Shown piece by piece: positions 52,331 to 61,245 of a stretch of 64,000 nt of DNA. Within the stretch, counting starts at the first letter, position 1. Every line of letters starts with the position of its first letter. Origin of the DNA: a virus; the IMG/VR virus record IMGVR_UViG_3300008459_000024, positions 14,305-78,304 of that record; one strand, given 5' to 3'. The position numbers and the translations under genes are program-made. The notes beneath the pieces are model-generated. The model did not search any database and was not told the DNA's origin. It saw only the letters and a program-made list of their open reading frames with translations.

Positions 52331-52466
52331 AATATTCTCTTATCAATTTTTCAATTATACGGGAAGGTTTAAAATTATCTGACTTTATTTTATCATATAA
52401 TTCTCTGTCTAAACTTATACTAACTTTTATTTTTTTATCATTAGTGTCTTTTTTTGGTCTTCCCAT
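52320..52466 (-). CDS. small ribbon-helix-helix protein
   Basis: MGRPKK..KIKVSISLDRELYDKI...PSRIIEKLIREY; start 4 nt after TATTTAT. Confidence 0.75.
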   Translation of the reverse strand: MGRPKKDTNDKKIKVSISLDRELYDKIKSDNFKPSRIIEKLIREYYDK

Positions 52467-52503
52467 AACTATAAATATTAGGTAATTAGTAAAAGTAGTA
52501 TTT

Positions 52504-55302
52504 TTATTTAATAAATTTTTCCCATCCTTCTTCAGCGAAATCATAAATGTGATTTGGGTCACCATTTATTGATTCCCAAAATTTCCATTCCTCTGGAGAT
52601 ATGGTTAAAACATCTTCAACCTTATCTTGGTCACCTTCTTCAAATGGAAGTCCATTAATTAATTTACATTGTTCCTTTGTGAATATACCTCTTTTACTTG
52701 GGTCATCCACAATAAGATTATTTCTTACTTCTTCACCAAATACAATCAACAATGGTTCAATACGTTTGTTAAATGTTACCACAGCTCTTGGGACATTATA
52801 TTCACCTAACACATTTGGGGTGTTTTCAATTTCTGATGGGTCCAAACGGTAACAATTAAGTTGCACAAATGAATCCATTTTATCATCTAAAACTTTACCA
52901 TAATTTCTGAAATAGGTGTCAATGTGGTCTTGTTTCCACCCTGTTTTTGGTTTGTTAACTTTTTGAACGTCCCCATGAGAGGCTTTAACACCATTATTCA
53001 CATAGAAAATAACGTCTCCCAAACTAACTGCGATGCCGTCTCTCATAGCTAATTCCATATGACTCATTCTTGACATCTCATTACCGGCTTTGGTCTTTTC
53101 TTTTGAACGTTTCAAATAATCATCAATTGATAACTTAACCTTAGCTCTTTGGGCAATCTTCATAAGTGGAATTTGTCTGTTGTAGATAATCTCTAAATAC
53201 TCATAATACCACTCAACAAACTCCTGCCCATTACCTTCTAACAACATTTTAATTCCTTTATCCAAAAAGTCCTCAATGTATAATGGTAACTTTTTACTCT
53301 TGATTGAGTTACCTGTAAGTTTAATCTTCCCGTTGTGTTCCATTGTTGCATAGTTCTTACGAGCAATGTTCATACAGGATTTCCAAGTCCCGTCGTTATC
53401 TAAAGACATTGCCCCTTTCATAAATGTGTCATTATATTCCGCAACATCTGCATCATACCCCCTGTATTCTTTACCTTCTTTAACTCCCCAATTAGTCCCT
53501 TTACCAATATAAATTCTATCATCCACCCCTTCTTTTGGTAAACTAAAATTGACTCCATCAGTGTCAAGAACCAAGGGAGTATATCCTTTAGATATGAAAA
53601 AATTCATCATTTGTCTTAAATACTGACGGCCAGTACACGTAATCATTTGACCCTTATCCATATCACCCCAATGGAAAACCTGAGGTGCTGACAAAGCCCC
53701 GAAAAGTGAGTTGATAAAAATCTTAATTGGTAATTGTTTTCTATCGTATGATGTTGCTTGTTTCTTATCAATATCCTGATATTCTTTGGCCAAGTTTTTA
53801 TACTTGATACGAGTATTACGGAAGTAATTTAACATTCCCTTCATCGCTCCTGTGATATCACAAGTTGGGAATACGTCGTGAACCAACTGAATGGATGGAT
53901 AAAGTGACGAGAAGTCAAGTTTCAATACATCGGTAGAAAATCCAACTTTAAGTAATCGTGATAATCCTCCTACGAAATCTGTCTTTTCATTTTTAGCAGG
54001 AATTGCAAGTCCGTGTTTATAAGACCAAGCTCTCATTTGGATTTCCCACAATGTCGCAGTTCCCATAGTAGAAACCCGTTCATATGTTGTTGGGACCAAA
54101 GACGCAAGTAGGAATGAACCCTGATTGAACTCTTCGTCAACAGTTAGAGTTTCCTCCAAGTCATCGTCAAGATATCTCTCAACCAAATCATCACCTGTTG
54201 TCTTAATATAAACTTTTGAGTGTTTTGAACATGCCTCATCAATTGTGGGGTCAATCCCCACTTTCTTATATTTACCATTTTGGATATTTAACCAAAACTC
54301 TTCTTTCTTCGCATAAAACGGACCAATGTCTGTGTGGTCAATATAAACACGGTCAGGAGCTTCAGCTTTGATATATTGAGTAATATACTTCAAACCTGCA
54401 GATTTAATAGATGAATTAATTGCCTGTGCTCGTCTAACGGCATGTAATGTATCCACAACATTGTAACCCCACATTGATGTCTGGTTAAACCTCTCAACTT
54501 CATTTGCCAATTTCAACATTGACTCAGATTGTTTGATTGGGTTTGCGGGATTTAGAGTTTTGGCAATCTTTTTAATATCCAATTTTAAAGCCTTAGCCCT
54601 TTCAAATATCCAAAACCAGTCAAAGTTAAATCCGTTATAAGACGCGATAATACTTGGTTTAAGTTCATCTATTGTGTTGAAGAACTTTATAATACCTTCT
54701 CTTTCTTGTTCTTCAGTTGAACATTCAATTACTTGACTAAAACCTTTATTGGTTTTCATTCCTATCATAAAAATACGACCATCCTTTGGTTCAAGTGATG
54801 TCGTCTCCAAGTCAAATACAAACCTTGTGATACTATTGTAATCGTCAAACCCTTTGAATAATCGTTTTTCTTTTGTGACCAAAAACTGCTCAACAGGGGG
54901 TAGGATTAGAATCAATCCTTTAGTTTTTTCTCCCCAAGGGTCAACTCCCCCGTCTCTGAAAAATTGTATTAATGAACGATATCCGTTCAATGATTTAACC
55001 ATATAGGTCAATCCTCTTTCCAATCTATCATTACCATCGGTACGTAGTTTTTCAATGACAATCTTATGTTTTGTCATCGCCTCTTTTTGTAATGCTTTTG
55101 AGGATTGGTAAAAATTTAATCCACGTAAATCACCGACCCAAGCAAATGGGACAAACGTGTCTTTTTTAATTTGTTTTCCGTGGAGGGGGTGTTCGATAAT
55201 CTTCCAAACACAATCTTTGACATAATCGTATTCAACACCGATTATATACTTTTCATCATCATTTCCTTGTAGGAAATTCTCAATTTCTTCATTAGATATC
55301 AT
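52504..55302 (-). CDS. polB: family B DNA polymerase
   Basis: FDLETT, YNGFNFD, DFSSLYPS, KIFINSLFG, DTDG, KNYA. Confidence 0.95.
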   Translation of the reverse strand: MISNEEIENFLQGNDDEKYIIGVEYDYVKDCVWKIIEHPLHGKQIKKDTFVPFAWVGDLRGLNFYQSSKALQKEAMTKHKIVIEKLRTDGNDRLERGLTYMVKSLNGYRSLIQFFRDGGVDPWGEKTKGLILILPPVEQFLVTKEKRLFKGFDDYNSITRFVFDLETTSLEPKDGRIFMIGMKTNKGFSQVIECSTEEQEREGIIKFFNTIDELKPSIIASYNGFNFDWFWIFERAKALKLDIKKIAKTLNPANPIKQSESMLKLANEVERFNQTSMWGYNVVDTLHAVRRAQAINSSIKSAGLKYITQYIKAEAPDRVYIDHTDIGPFYAKKEEFWLNIQNGKYKKVGIDPTIDEACSKHSKVYIKTTGDDLVERYLDDDLEETLTVDEEFNQGSFLLASLVPTTYERVSTMGTATLWEIQMRAWSYKHGLAIPAKNEKTDFVGGLSRLLKVGFSTDVLKLDFSSLYPSIQLVHDVFPTCDITGAMKGMLNYFRNTRIKYKNLAKEYQDIDKKQATSYDRKQLPIKIFINSLFGALSAPQVFHWGDMDKGQMITCTGRQYLRQMMNFFISKGYTPLVLDTDGVNFSLPKEGVDDRIYIGKGTNWGVKEGKEYRGYDADVAEYNDTFMKGAMSLDNDGTWKSCMNIARKNYATMEHNGKIKLTGNSIKSKKLPLYIEDFLDKGIKMLLEGNGQEFVEWYYEYLEIIYNRQIPLMKIAQRAKVKLSIDDYLKRSKEKTKAGNEMSRMSHMELAMRDGIAVSLGDVIFYVNNGVKASHGDVQKVNKPKTGWKQDHIDTYFRNYGKVLDDKMDSFVQLNCYRLDPSEIENTPNVLGEYNVPRAVVTFNKRIEPLLIVFGEEVRNNLIVDDPSKRGIFTKEQCKLINGLPFEEGDQDKVEDVLTISPEEWKFWESINGDPNHIYDFAEEGWEKFIK

Positions 55303-55362
55303 AAATTAAACTTTTGGTGTATTAGCTTCCGAATTATAGGTCGGAGTTTACCTTCAGAATTA

Positions 55363-55391
55363 AGTTTAATAAAATAAAATCCCCTTGTCAA
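55363..55391 (-). promoter_or_regulatory. sigma70-like promoter of polB
   Basis: TTGACA-N17-TAAACT. Confidence 0.7.
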
Positions 55392-55798
55392 CAACAGGGT
55401 CTAACAATCACATAGTCGTTATTAAATGAAGTATAGTCTAAAGAAAAACTATCAATAATATTTACGAACACATCTTCTTTTAATGGTAGAACTACTTCAC
55501 CTTGTGAATCACTTAATGAAATTTTAACTTTAAATCTACCTTCTTTAGATACTTCTCTGTTCGTAAATTGATAATTTAAATAATATATGATATTTTGAGA
55601 ATTAGTTGTGGAGGCACTTGTTGTAATATAGCATGGTTTAGATGTTACCCTATATTTTTCAGTCTCACTATCAAATAACGATATATATGCAGTTACTCCA
55701 CTTAAATTTTGAATCTCATTAAAATCGCTTCTACCATTTTGAGAAATCTCAACTTGGAATATAGGTAATGTTGAATTTTTTTTAATAAACCATTCCAT
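55388..55798 (-). CDS. BppU-like Ig-fold structural protein, paralog 2
   Basis: MEWFIKKNSTLP...YQF....EGRF...VLP. Confidence 0.55.
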   Translation of the reverse strand: MEWFIKKNSTLPIFQVEISQNGRSDFNEIQNLSGVTAYISLFDSETEKYRVTSKPCYITTSASTTNSQNIIYYLNYQFTNREVSKEGRFKVKISLSDSQGEVVLPLKEDVFVNIIDSFSLDYTSFNNDYVIVRPCC

Positions 55799-55799
55799 A

Positions 55800-56165
55800 T
55801 TAGTTCACGTATTTTTTACCTATTCTTATGAATAATTTATCTTGAATTGGTAGTATTTGTGTACCACTATCATTAAGTAATGTAAATTCTCCTTCGTATA
55901 ATCCAGGTGTATTCGTATCCGAAGAGTTAAATCTATAATACACATAATACTCGGGTTTAGAGTTAGGGTCAATAAAAGTTTTTTCAACAAATCCAGATAT
56001 ACTGTTCAATATTTTGTACGACCCGTTCTCAACATTTTTCATGGAAAAATAGATGGTAGAACTCTCAATCAACGAATTGAATTCATCAATATTTGCAACT
56101 CCGTCTTTGACGTATTGCATCTTTAAGATTGGTAATGTTGCCCCTTCTGAAATATAAAACTCCAT
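55800..56165 (-). CDS. BppU-like Ig-fold structural protein, paralog 1
   Basis: MEFYISEGATLP...YRFNSSDTNTPGLYEGEF...ILP. Confidence 0.6.
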   Translation of the reverse strand: MEFYISEGATLPILKMQYVKDGVANIDEFNSLIESSTIYFSMKNVENGSYKILNSISGFVEKTFIDPNSKPEYYVYYRFNSSDTNTPGLYEGEFTLLNDSGTQILPIQDKLFIRIGKKYVN

Positions 56166-56191
56166 GAATATTTTTATTATAAATATTCATC

Positions 56192-57859
56192 CTAACATTC
56201 TTTCCTTAAATTACTTGAATAATGTTCAAATCTATTGTGTTCAGTTGGGGTTAATAATAAAATTCCCGAACTCAATAATCCTTTTACCGTCTGTTGGTAA
56301 TTGTGGGACATTATTGTCTGTTCATATGGGTGTTGGAATTTTGTCTCTAAATAACACTTATAACTTCCTGACTTAGATAATACAATTGGCCAATTACACA
56401 AATAGATTTCACCTGAAGCGTATGGAATTCCCTTATGTGATTTTATATTGTTGAAATTTGTTTTGGGAGCGTTCTCATCAATACCTTGTTTTGGTAGTTT
56501 CTTATTTTTAGGCCAATGGATTTCTCTAAAGTGTTGTGGAACGTTGTACCAACTCCATTGGACGCTATTATCCCCATAAAATTCAGTAAAGTTCAGTTTT
56601 AAAAAATCAAATTTTTCTTTATGGACTATCTCTAAACTTTTTTGATAAAGTTTTTCGGTATATCTCAAAAACCCATTTTTACAGGATTCTCCTTTTTTCG
56701 GATAGAAGAACATATCATCCTCAAAAAAATACATGAAATCTAATCCTGTTTCTTCAAAATGTTCGGCAATCCACTGTCGTCCACCTGTAATACCTATATT
56801 GTCTTTTTTAATATGTTCAAAACCATATGTTTCACATAATTCAAGATATTTTGGGGTTGTGTCTAAATCAACAGAATTGTCTAAAAGATATTTTTTAGGT
56901 TTATCAATAAAGTCTCTATCGTATTCAATCATTGATTTAATCAAAGTTTCAAATTGATTAGGACTATTAAAGGTTATAACATAAAGAGCAACATTATTTA
57001 AATCTAACGGATTGTCAAATTGAACAAATTCTGTTTTTTTTACTAAGGTTTCATTTTTTAAATCTTCAAAAAATTTACCAAATAATCCGTTTGAATCTAT
57101 TTCAAAATAGTTAATTTTTGACGGATGTTTATAAACCATTATCGAGAATATGGATTCTTCAGTGCCCATATATCCTTTAGATAATGTCTCATTCATTAAA
57201 TTATAATAATCCGAATTAATCTCACCTATAGTATCTTTTGGACCTCCAAAAAATCCTCCTCTGGCCACTTTTTTAATATCTGAACCTGAAAACTCATTTA
57301 TTTCAGGATAAGTAAATCCATGAATTTCGTTTTCAGCATCATATGGAAAACAAACAAATGTAAATTTATCTATGTATTTGTCCAACTTTTCTATAACCTT
57401 ATCGTGTGTAAAGTATCCTGGATGTACAGTATTTGTTAAACCCGCATCAATCCAAAATAAATTATCTGAATTAAATTTGTCTAAAATTCTAGCATCATTA
57501 AGTAGAAACATTTTAGACATAACTAAAGGATTATACATATCAAGTCTTGATTGAGTCGAATCCTTTAACCATCCTGACTGATTATACCAGTTTGGGTTAT
57601 TTCGTATATTTTGTATCTTATCGTAAAAATCGTTATTAGTGAACCATGTTTTGTCACGAATAATAAATTGAGTGTTTAACACATCTCTCCTTTCCCATAC
57701 AAAATCTTCTAACTCTTTCTCACCAAAGATTATTAAGTTTTCTTCAACTTTAAGTAATTGTTCAAACTTATCTAAGTAGTGTTTAAAAGTTCGTGACCAT
57801 CCTTCAGATAGTTCGTCTCTACCAATATTCCAAAGTCCTGTAACTAATGTAATACTCAT
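56192..57859 (-). CDS. two-domain glycosyltransferase: HtrL/YibB-like plus GT2-like
   Basis: ITLVTGLWNIGR, SKMFLL, FWIDAG, GGFFGG, GTEE; second domain VITFN..DNS..FFEDD. Confidence 0.8.
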   Translation of the reverse strand: MSITLVTGLWNIGRDELSEGWSRTFKHYLDKFEQLLKVEENLIIFGEKELEDFVWERRDVLNTQFIIRDKTWFTNNDFYDKIQNIRNNPNWYNQSGWLKDSTQSRLDMYNPLVMSKMFLLNDARILDKFNSDNLFWIDAGLTNTVHPGYFTHDKVIEKLDKYIDKFTFVCFPYDAENEIHGFTYPEINEFSGSDIKKVARGGFFGGPKDTIGEINSDYYNLMNETLSKGYMGTEESIFSIMVYKHPSKINYFEIDSNGLFGKFFEDLKNETLVKKTEFVQFDNPLDLNNVALYVITFNSPNQFETLIKSMIEYDRDFIDKPKKYLLDNSVDLDTTPKYLELCETYGFEHIKKDNIGITGGRQWIAEHFEETGLDFMYFFEDDMFFYPKKGESCKNGFLRYTEKLYQKSLEIVHKEKFDFLKLNFTEFYGDNSVQWSWYNVPQHFREIHWPKNKKLPKQGIDENAPKTNFNNIKSHKGIPYASGEIYLCNWPIVLSKSGSYKCYLETKFQHPYEQTIMSHNYQQTVKGLLSSGILLLTPTEHNRFEHYSSNLRKEC

Positions 57860-58419
57860 TCTGTGTCTCTAACTTTATAAATTATGTGGTCAACAAACTC
57901 ACTTTCAAACATTTTACCTATTTCTTCGTAAAAATAAACATCACCTAAAACGTCTTCTCTAAAATTTGGTAAATTATGAGTGTTTGGAATTACTCCCATA
58001 CACTTACCAACATTTCCAATAGTAAAATCTTTTAGTTTCCAATTAATATCCCCGCCCCATTTGTGTTTAAAAATATACAATGTATTAGGATTAGTTATCG
58101 TCTCCTTAATCACCTTAAATGCTTCGGGAGTATATCTGTCATCATCATCCGCAAACATTATAAAATCACCTTCTAAATTGTTCATGTGTTGGTTCAGTAA
58201 TGGGTGTCCATATTTCCATAATTGTTCCCCTTCATTTTTAATGTGGTTAACTTTAAATTTGAAATTAAATAATTTTAAAACTTCGGAAACATATAAATGA
58301 TTAGTGTCGGATATAATTGTAAAAATATCACTCTCATCTAATTGGTCTTTAAACGATTCAATTAATCTTGGTAAGGTTATTCTACCAACTGAAGTACAAA
58401 CAATATTAATATTATACAT
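57856..58419 (-). CDS. GT2-like glycosyltransferase
   Basis: TSVGR.TL.R, IISD, IMFADDDD, GDVYF. Confidence 0.75.
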   Translation of the reverse strand: MYNINIVCTSVGRITLPRLIESFKDQLDESDIFTIISDTNHLYVSEVLKLFNFKFKVNHIKNEGEQLWKYGHPLLNQHMNNLEGDFIMFADDDDRYTPEAFKVIKETITNPNTLYIFKHKWGGDINWKLKDFTIGNVGKCMGVIPNTHNLPNFREDVLGDVYFYEEIGKMFESEFVDHIIYKVRDTE

Positions 58420-59275
58420 AACACTTTTCTCTTAGGTATTTTGATTCATCATAAATGTCTAAAATCTGTAAAAACCCCTTTTGTAAATCTAACCAATCAC
58501 CAAACTCAAATGAGTAACAACTGTCAGATTTCTTGGATGTTAGTACCGTGAGGACCTCTTGTTCACTTATTAACTGATTGTATTTTTCTAAGTAACTTGT
58601 AAAAATGTCTAAATAACCATCTAATAAATGTCTAACATCTTTAGACTTCCCACCAAATAGACATCCAGGAACTACTTTTAGTTCTACACCAAATAACGAC
58701 TGAAACCTTTCTTTTATTTCGTAATTCATAACAATTGAATTACCTTTTAAATGTATAAATCCGTGAGAATTTATTTTATCTGTAATCTTATCTAAAAAAT
58801 TCTTTGAGTTGATTATTGGAGCCATGTAATCTCTCCACCCATCGTGACATGATGTTCCTATTAATCCAGCGTCAATCCAAAATAACTTCTCACAATCAAC
58901 CGACTCATCAATTAAGAATTGTAATTTGTTTAAAACTACCTCCAAATAATTGTTAACACAATAAATTCTATCATAGTTCATTCCGCCTGATAATTCTTTG
59001 TGTCTCACTTTATCGATTAACTCACAAGAAGGTGAAGTGTTTAATTCTTTAAACTTGAATTGAACGTTAGGATAATTAAACTCATCTTTTAGATTAAATT
59101 TATCATATGAATTTTGGTCAGTGTAAATTACGTAATTATAGTCAGGAAAAATAATATTTTTTATTGTTGCAACTAATAATGGGAAATTTTTGTATCTCTC
59201 ACCGTTTCTTTCTGTTACGTAATTTAGTTCATAGATTGAACTAACTATTTTAGTACCATTTGTCATGTTCGGCAT
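58412..59275 (-). CDS. HtrL-like glycosyltransferase
   Basis: VIYTD, KLQFL, FWIDAG, GCLFGG, SEQ; paralogous to the N-domain of 56192..57859. Start uncertain. Confidence 0.7.
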   Translation of the reverse strand: MPNMTNGTKIVSSIYELNYVTERNGERYKNFPLLVATIKNIIFPDYNYVIYTDQNSYDKFNLKDEFNYPNVQFKFKELNTSPSCELIDKVRHKELSGGMNYDRIYCVNNYLEVVLNKLQFLIDESVDCEKLFWIDAGLIGTSCHDGWRDYMAPIINSKNFLDKITDKINSHGFIHLKGNSIVMNYEIKERFQSLFGVELKVVPGCLFGGKSKDVRHLLDGYLDIFTSYLEKYNQLISEQEVLTVLTSKKSDSCYSFEFGDWLDLQKGFLQILDIYDESKYLREKCYV

Positions 59276-59960
59276 AAATTATATTTAATGATTTATTTGA
59301 GTTATTACCAACATCAATTCCGTTAATTAATGCGGAAAAACACATCTCATCGATATTTCCGGCTGGTATGTTTCTTAAAGGTTTTGTTTTCTTATATTCG
59401 ATACATCTATCCCATGATGATAAAAAATGTGAAATTCTATCTTCATCAATACTGATATATTGTATACAATCTTCCGGCATAAACGATAGTTTATCCTTAT
59501 CAACAGGATTATTAAAGTACCTCTCGTACTCAACTAAACGATTACCTAACTCACTATTAGTATTAATTTGTTCTGAAAAATTATAAGTCACTGGTCCTAA
59601 AATTGAATTTTTCTTAAATGAGTTAATTATGTTTTCCTCATTGAATAGTCCGTGATTAACTCTCATGTCTGCATCTGTTAAAATAATATTAGTATACCCT
59701 AATTTAAACGCCGCAAAAACAGAGAATCTTTTTACTGAAAAATCAAAGTCGTAATAATTTTTAGCATAATTAGAGTAGTCAGGATTAAAATCATTAATAT
59801 TGAATACTGTAACAAAAGATTCTTGATTAATTTTATTAGGGTTATCAGTCATAACCACTAAACTCGGATGATACTCAGATTTACTAATATCACCAATAAA
59901 CCTATTAACTTGTTCATAGTATCTGTCTCCGAAACAGAAGGTTGCAAAACAAAATTTCAT
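59250..59960 (-). CDS. GT-A fold glycosyltransferase
   Basis: FATFCFG.RY, VMTD, KRF, ILTDAD (DxD), DE motif. Confidence 0.65.
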   Translation of the reverse strand: MKFCFATFCFGDRYYEQVNRFIGDISKSEYHPSLVVMTDNPNKINQESFVTVFNINDFNPDYSNYAKNYYDFDFSVKRFSVFAAFKLGYTNIILTDADMRVNHGLFNEENIINSFKKNSILGPVTYNFSEQINTNSELGNRLVEYERYFNNPVDKDKLSFMPEDCIQYISIDEDRISHFLSSWDRCIEYKKTKPLRNIPAGNIDEMCFSALINGIDVGNNSNKSLNIIYAEHDKWY

Positions 59961-61204
59961 AATTTACCACTTAATCTTTCACACCATCCTTTAGATTCTG
60001 AGTGAGGCCACACAACCCAGTAAGATGGTTTTTTATTTGTATCAAATGACCTCCATATTTTACCATATCCATCAGGGTCATTTAAAATTCTATTAACTTC
60101 TCCTTTTTCAGCGTCTTTTCTGAAAAGAGTCTCATCGTTCTCATCATGGAAGGCAACAACCCAAAAATCATAGTCTGGTTCAGGAACACTACTAAATGGA
60201 ATATCGATACAATGTTTAAAAATAATTGAGAATGAATTAATCCATTCCTCCTCAGATTCATAATCATATGAACATGGTGGGTATTCTTTATCTATGGTCG
60301 CCCTTTGTACTCCTCGTTTTGAGAATAAAATACCGGAATATTTTTCATAGTCTCGTAATGTTCGTTCAGACCCAAAACCGTATTTACCAAATTCCATAGG
60401 TTCTTCACCATCCATACCAAATAAGGACCTGTTTTTTTTGTGACAAAACTCATTTTTCTTACCCCATTCTTTGTCATCGTCCCATTGTTTTGTCCTTCCA
60501 TTACGAGTATATTCATGCCAAATTAATGTCTTATGAGGGTGAAATAAATCATAACCATGAGTATAAGCTCTAACCGCAATTGAAATTTCTTCCCCGTGGA
60601 AATAGTATTCAGGGTCATGCTGAACCTCTTCTGAGAATTGTCCTAAAGTGAAACAAAAATGGGCCGAGTAGAATCTTGAAGGGACGGGTTTAGTTAACTG
60701 TTTATAGTTAGGAATTGTTTCAGGTAAAAAGAATATCGCACCTTCAGGGATAAATCTATCAAAAACCATTCTCCATGGGTCGTATACTCTATCCTGAGGG
60801 TCATTGTCGGGATTGAATGATGAAACATATGAAGTTAGTAACGGTTTTTTATATCCGTCTTTTTGTAGTTGTTTAATCATATCAATTAGTTCAGTATCCC
60901 ACCCACCTGCAAATCTCATGTGAGAATCAATTTGAAGTGTGTATTCCTCACCATTATATTGTTGTTGGATTAAGTTTCTTGCCCAACAAGCACCTTTAGA
61001 TTCGGTGTAGGGAATGTCGATAATTTTAAAACGACTATCGTTTCGATATTCATCTAAATTATCAAATTTGTCATCTTCATGATATTGTCGAGCAATTGAG
61101 AAAACCAAATTCTGTGGGGAATTTGCCATTTTAATTGCCGACTGTATAGTTGGTATTAATTGCGGGTCCCGATAAGATGCAATTTGAATAAAAATCCTAC
61201 TCAT
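59957..61204 (-). CDS. GT60-like (Skp1 GlcNAc-transferase family) glycosyltransferase
   Basis: IFIQIASYRDP, SKGACWAR, LQIDSHMRF..WD, FHGEE...RAYTHGYDLF.P, WHEY. Confidence 0.85.
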   Translation of the reverse strand: MSRIFIQIASYRDPQLIPTIQSAIKMANSPQNLVFSIARQYHEDDKFDNLDEYRNDSRFKIIDIPYTESKGACWARNLIQQQYNGEEYTLQIDSHMRFAGGWDTELIDMIKQLQKDGYKKPLLTSYVSSFNPDNDPQDRVYDPWRMVFDRFIPEGAIFFLPETIPNYKQLTKPVPSRFYSAHFCFTLGQFSEEVQHDPEYYFHGEEISIAVRAYTHGYDLFHPHKTLIWHEYTRNGRTKQWDDDKEWGKKNEFCHKKNRSLFGMDGEEPMEFGKYGFGSERTLRDYEKYSGILFSKRGVQRATIDKEYPPCSYDYESEEEWINSFSIIFKHCIDIPFSSVPEPDYDFWVVAFHDENDETLFRKDAEKGEVNRILNDPDGYGKIWRSFDTNKKPSYWVVWPHSESKGWCERLSGKL

Positions 61205-61245
61205 TTTTTCTTTTTGTTGAAAAAATAAATAACAATCAATAATAA

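Noticed and set aside
51761-52466. Toxin-antitoxin interpretation of RHH + nuclease
   Set aside because: The nuclease has zinc finger plus HNH homing-type architecture, not a typical toxin fold; kept as a regulated homing cassette.
16471-55302. Inteins or introns in nrdA, nrdB, dnaB, recA, polB
   Set aside because: Proteins are contiguous and of normal size, with no intein terminal motifs seen.
16471-61204. Eukaryotic giant virus origin suggested by eukaryote-like RNR, SNF2, GT60 and HNH
   Set aside because: Contractile tail, baseplate and neck genes, bacterial promoters and intrinsic terminators indicate a bacteriophage.
56192-61204. GT cluster as DNA hypermodification system
   Set aside because: No hydroxymethylase or other base-modifying genes nearby, and the families and context point to protein acceptors; not fully excluded.
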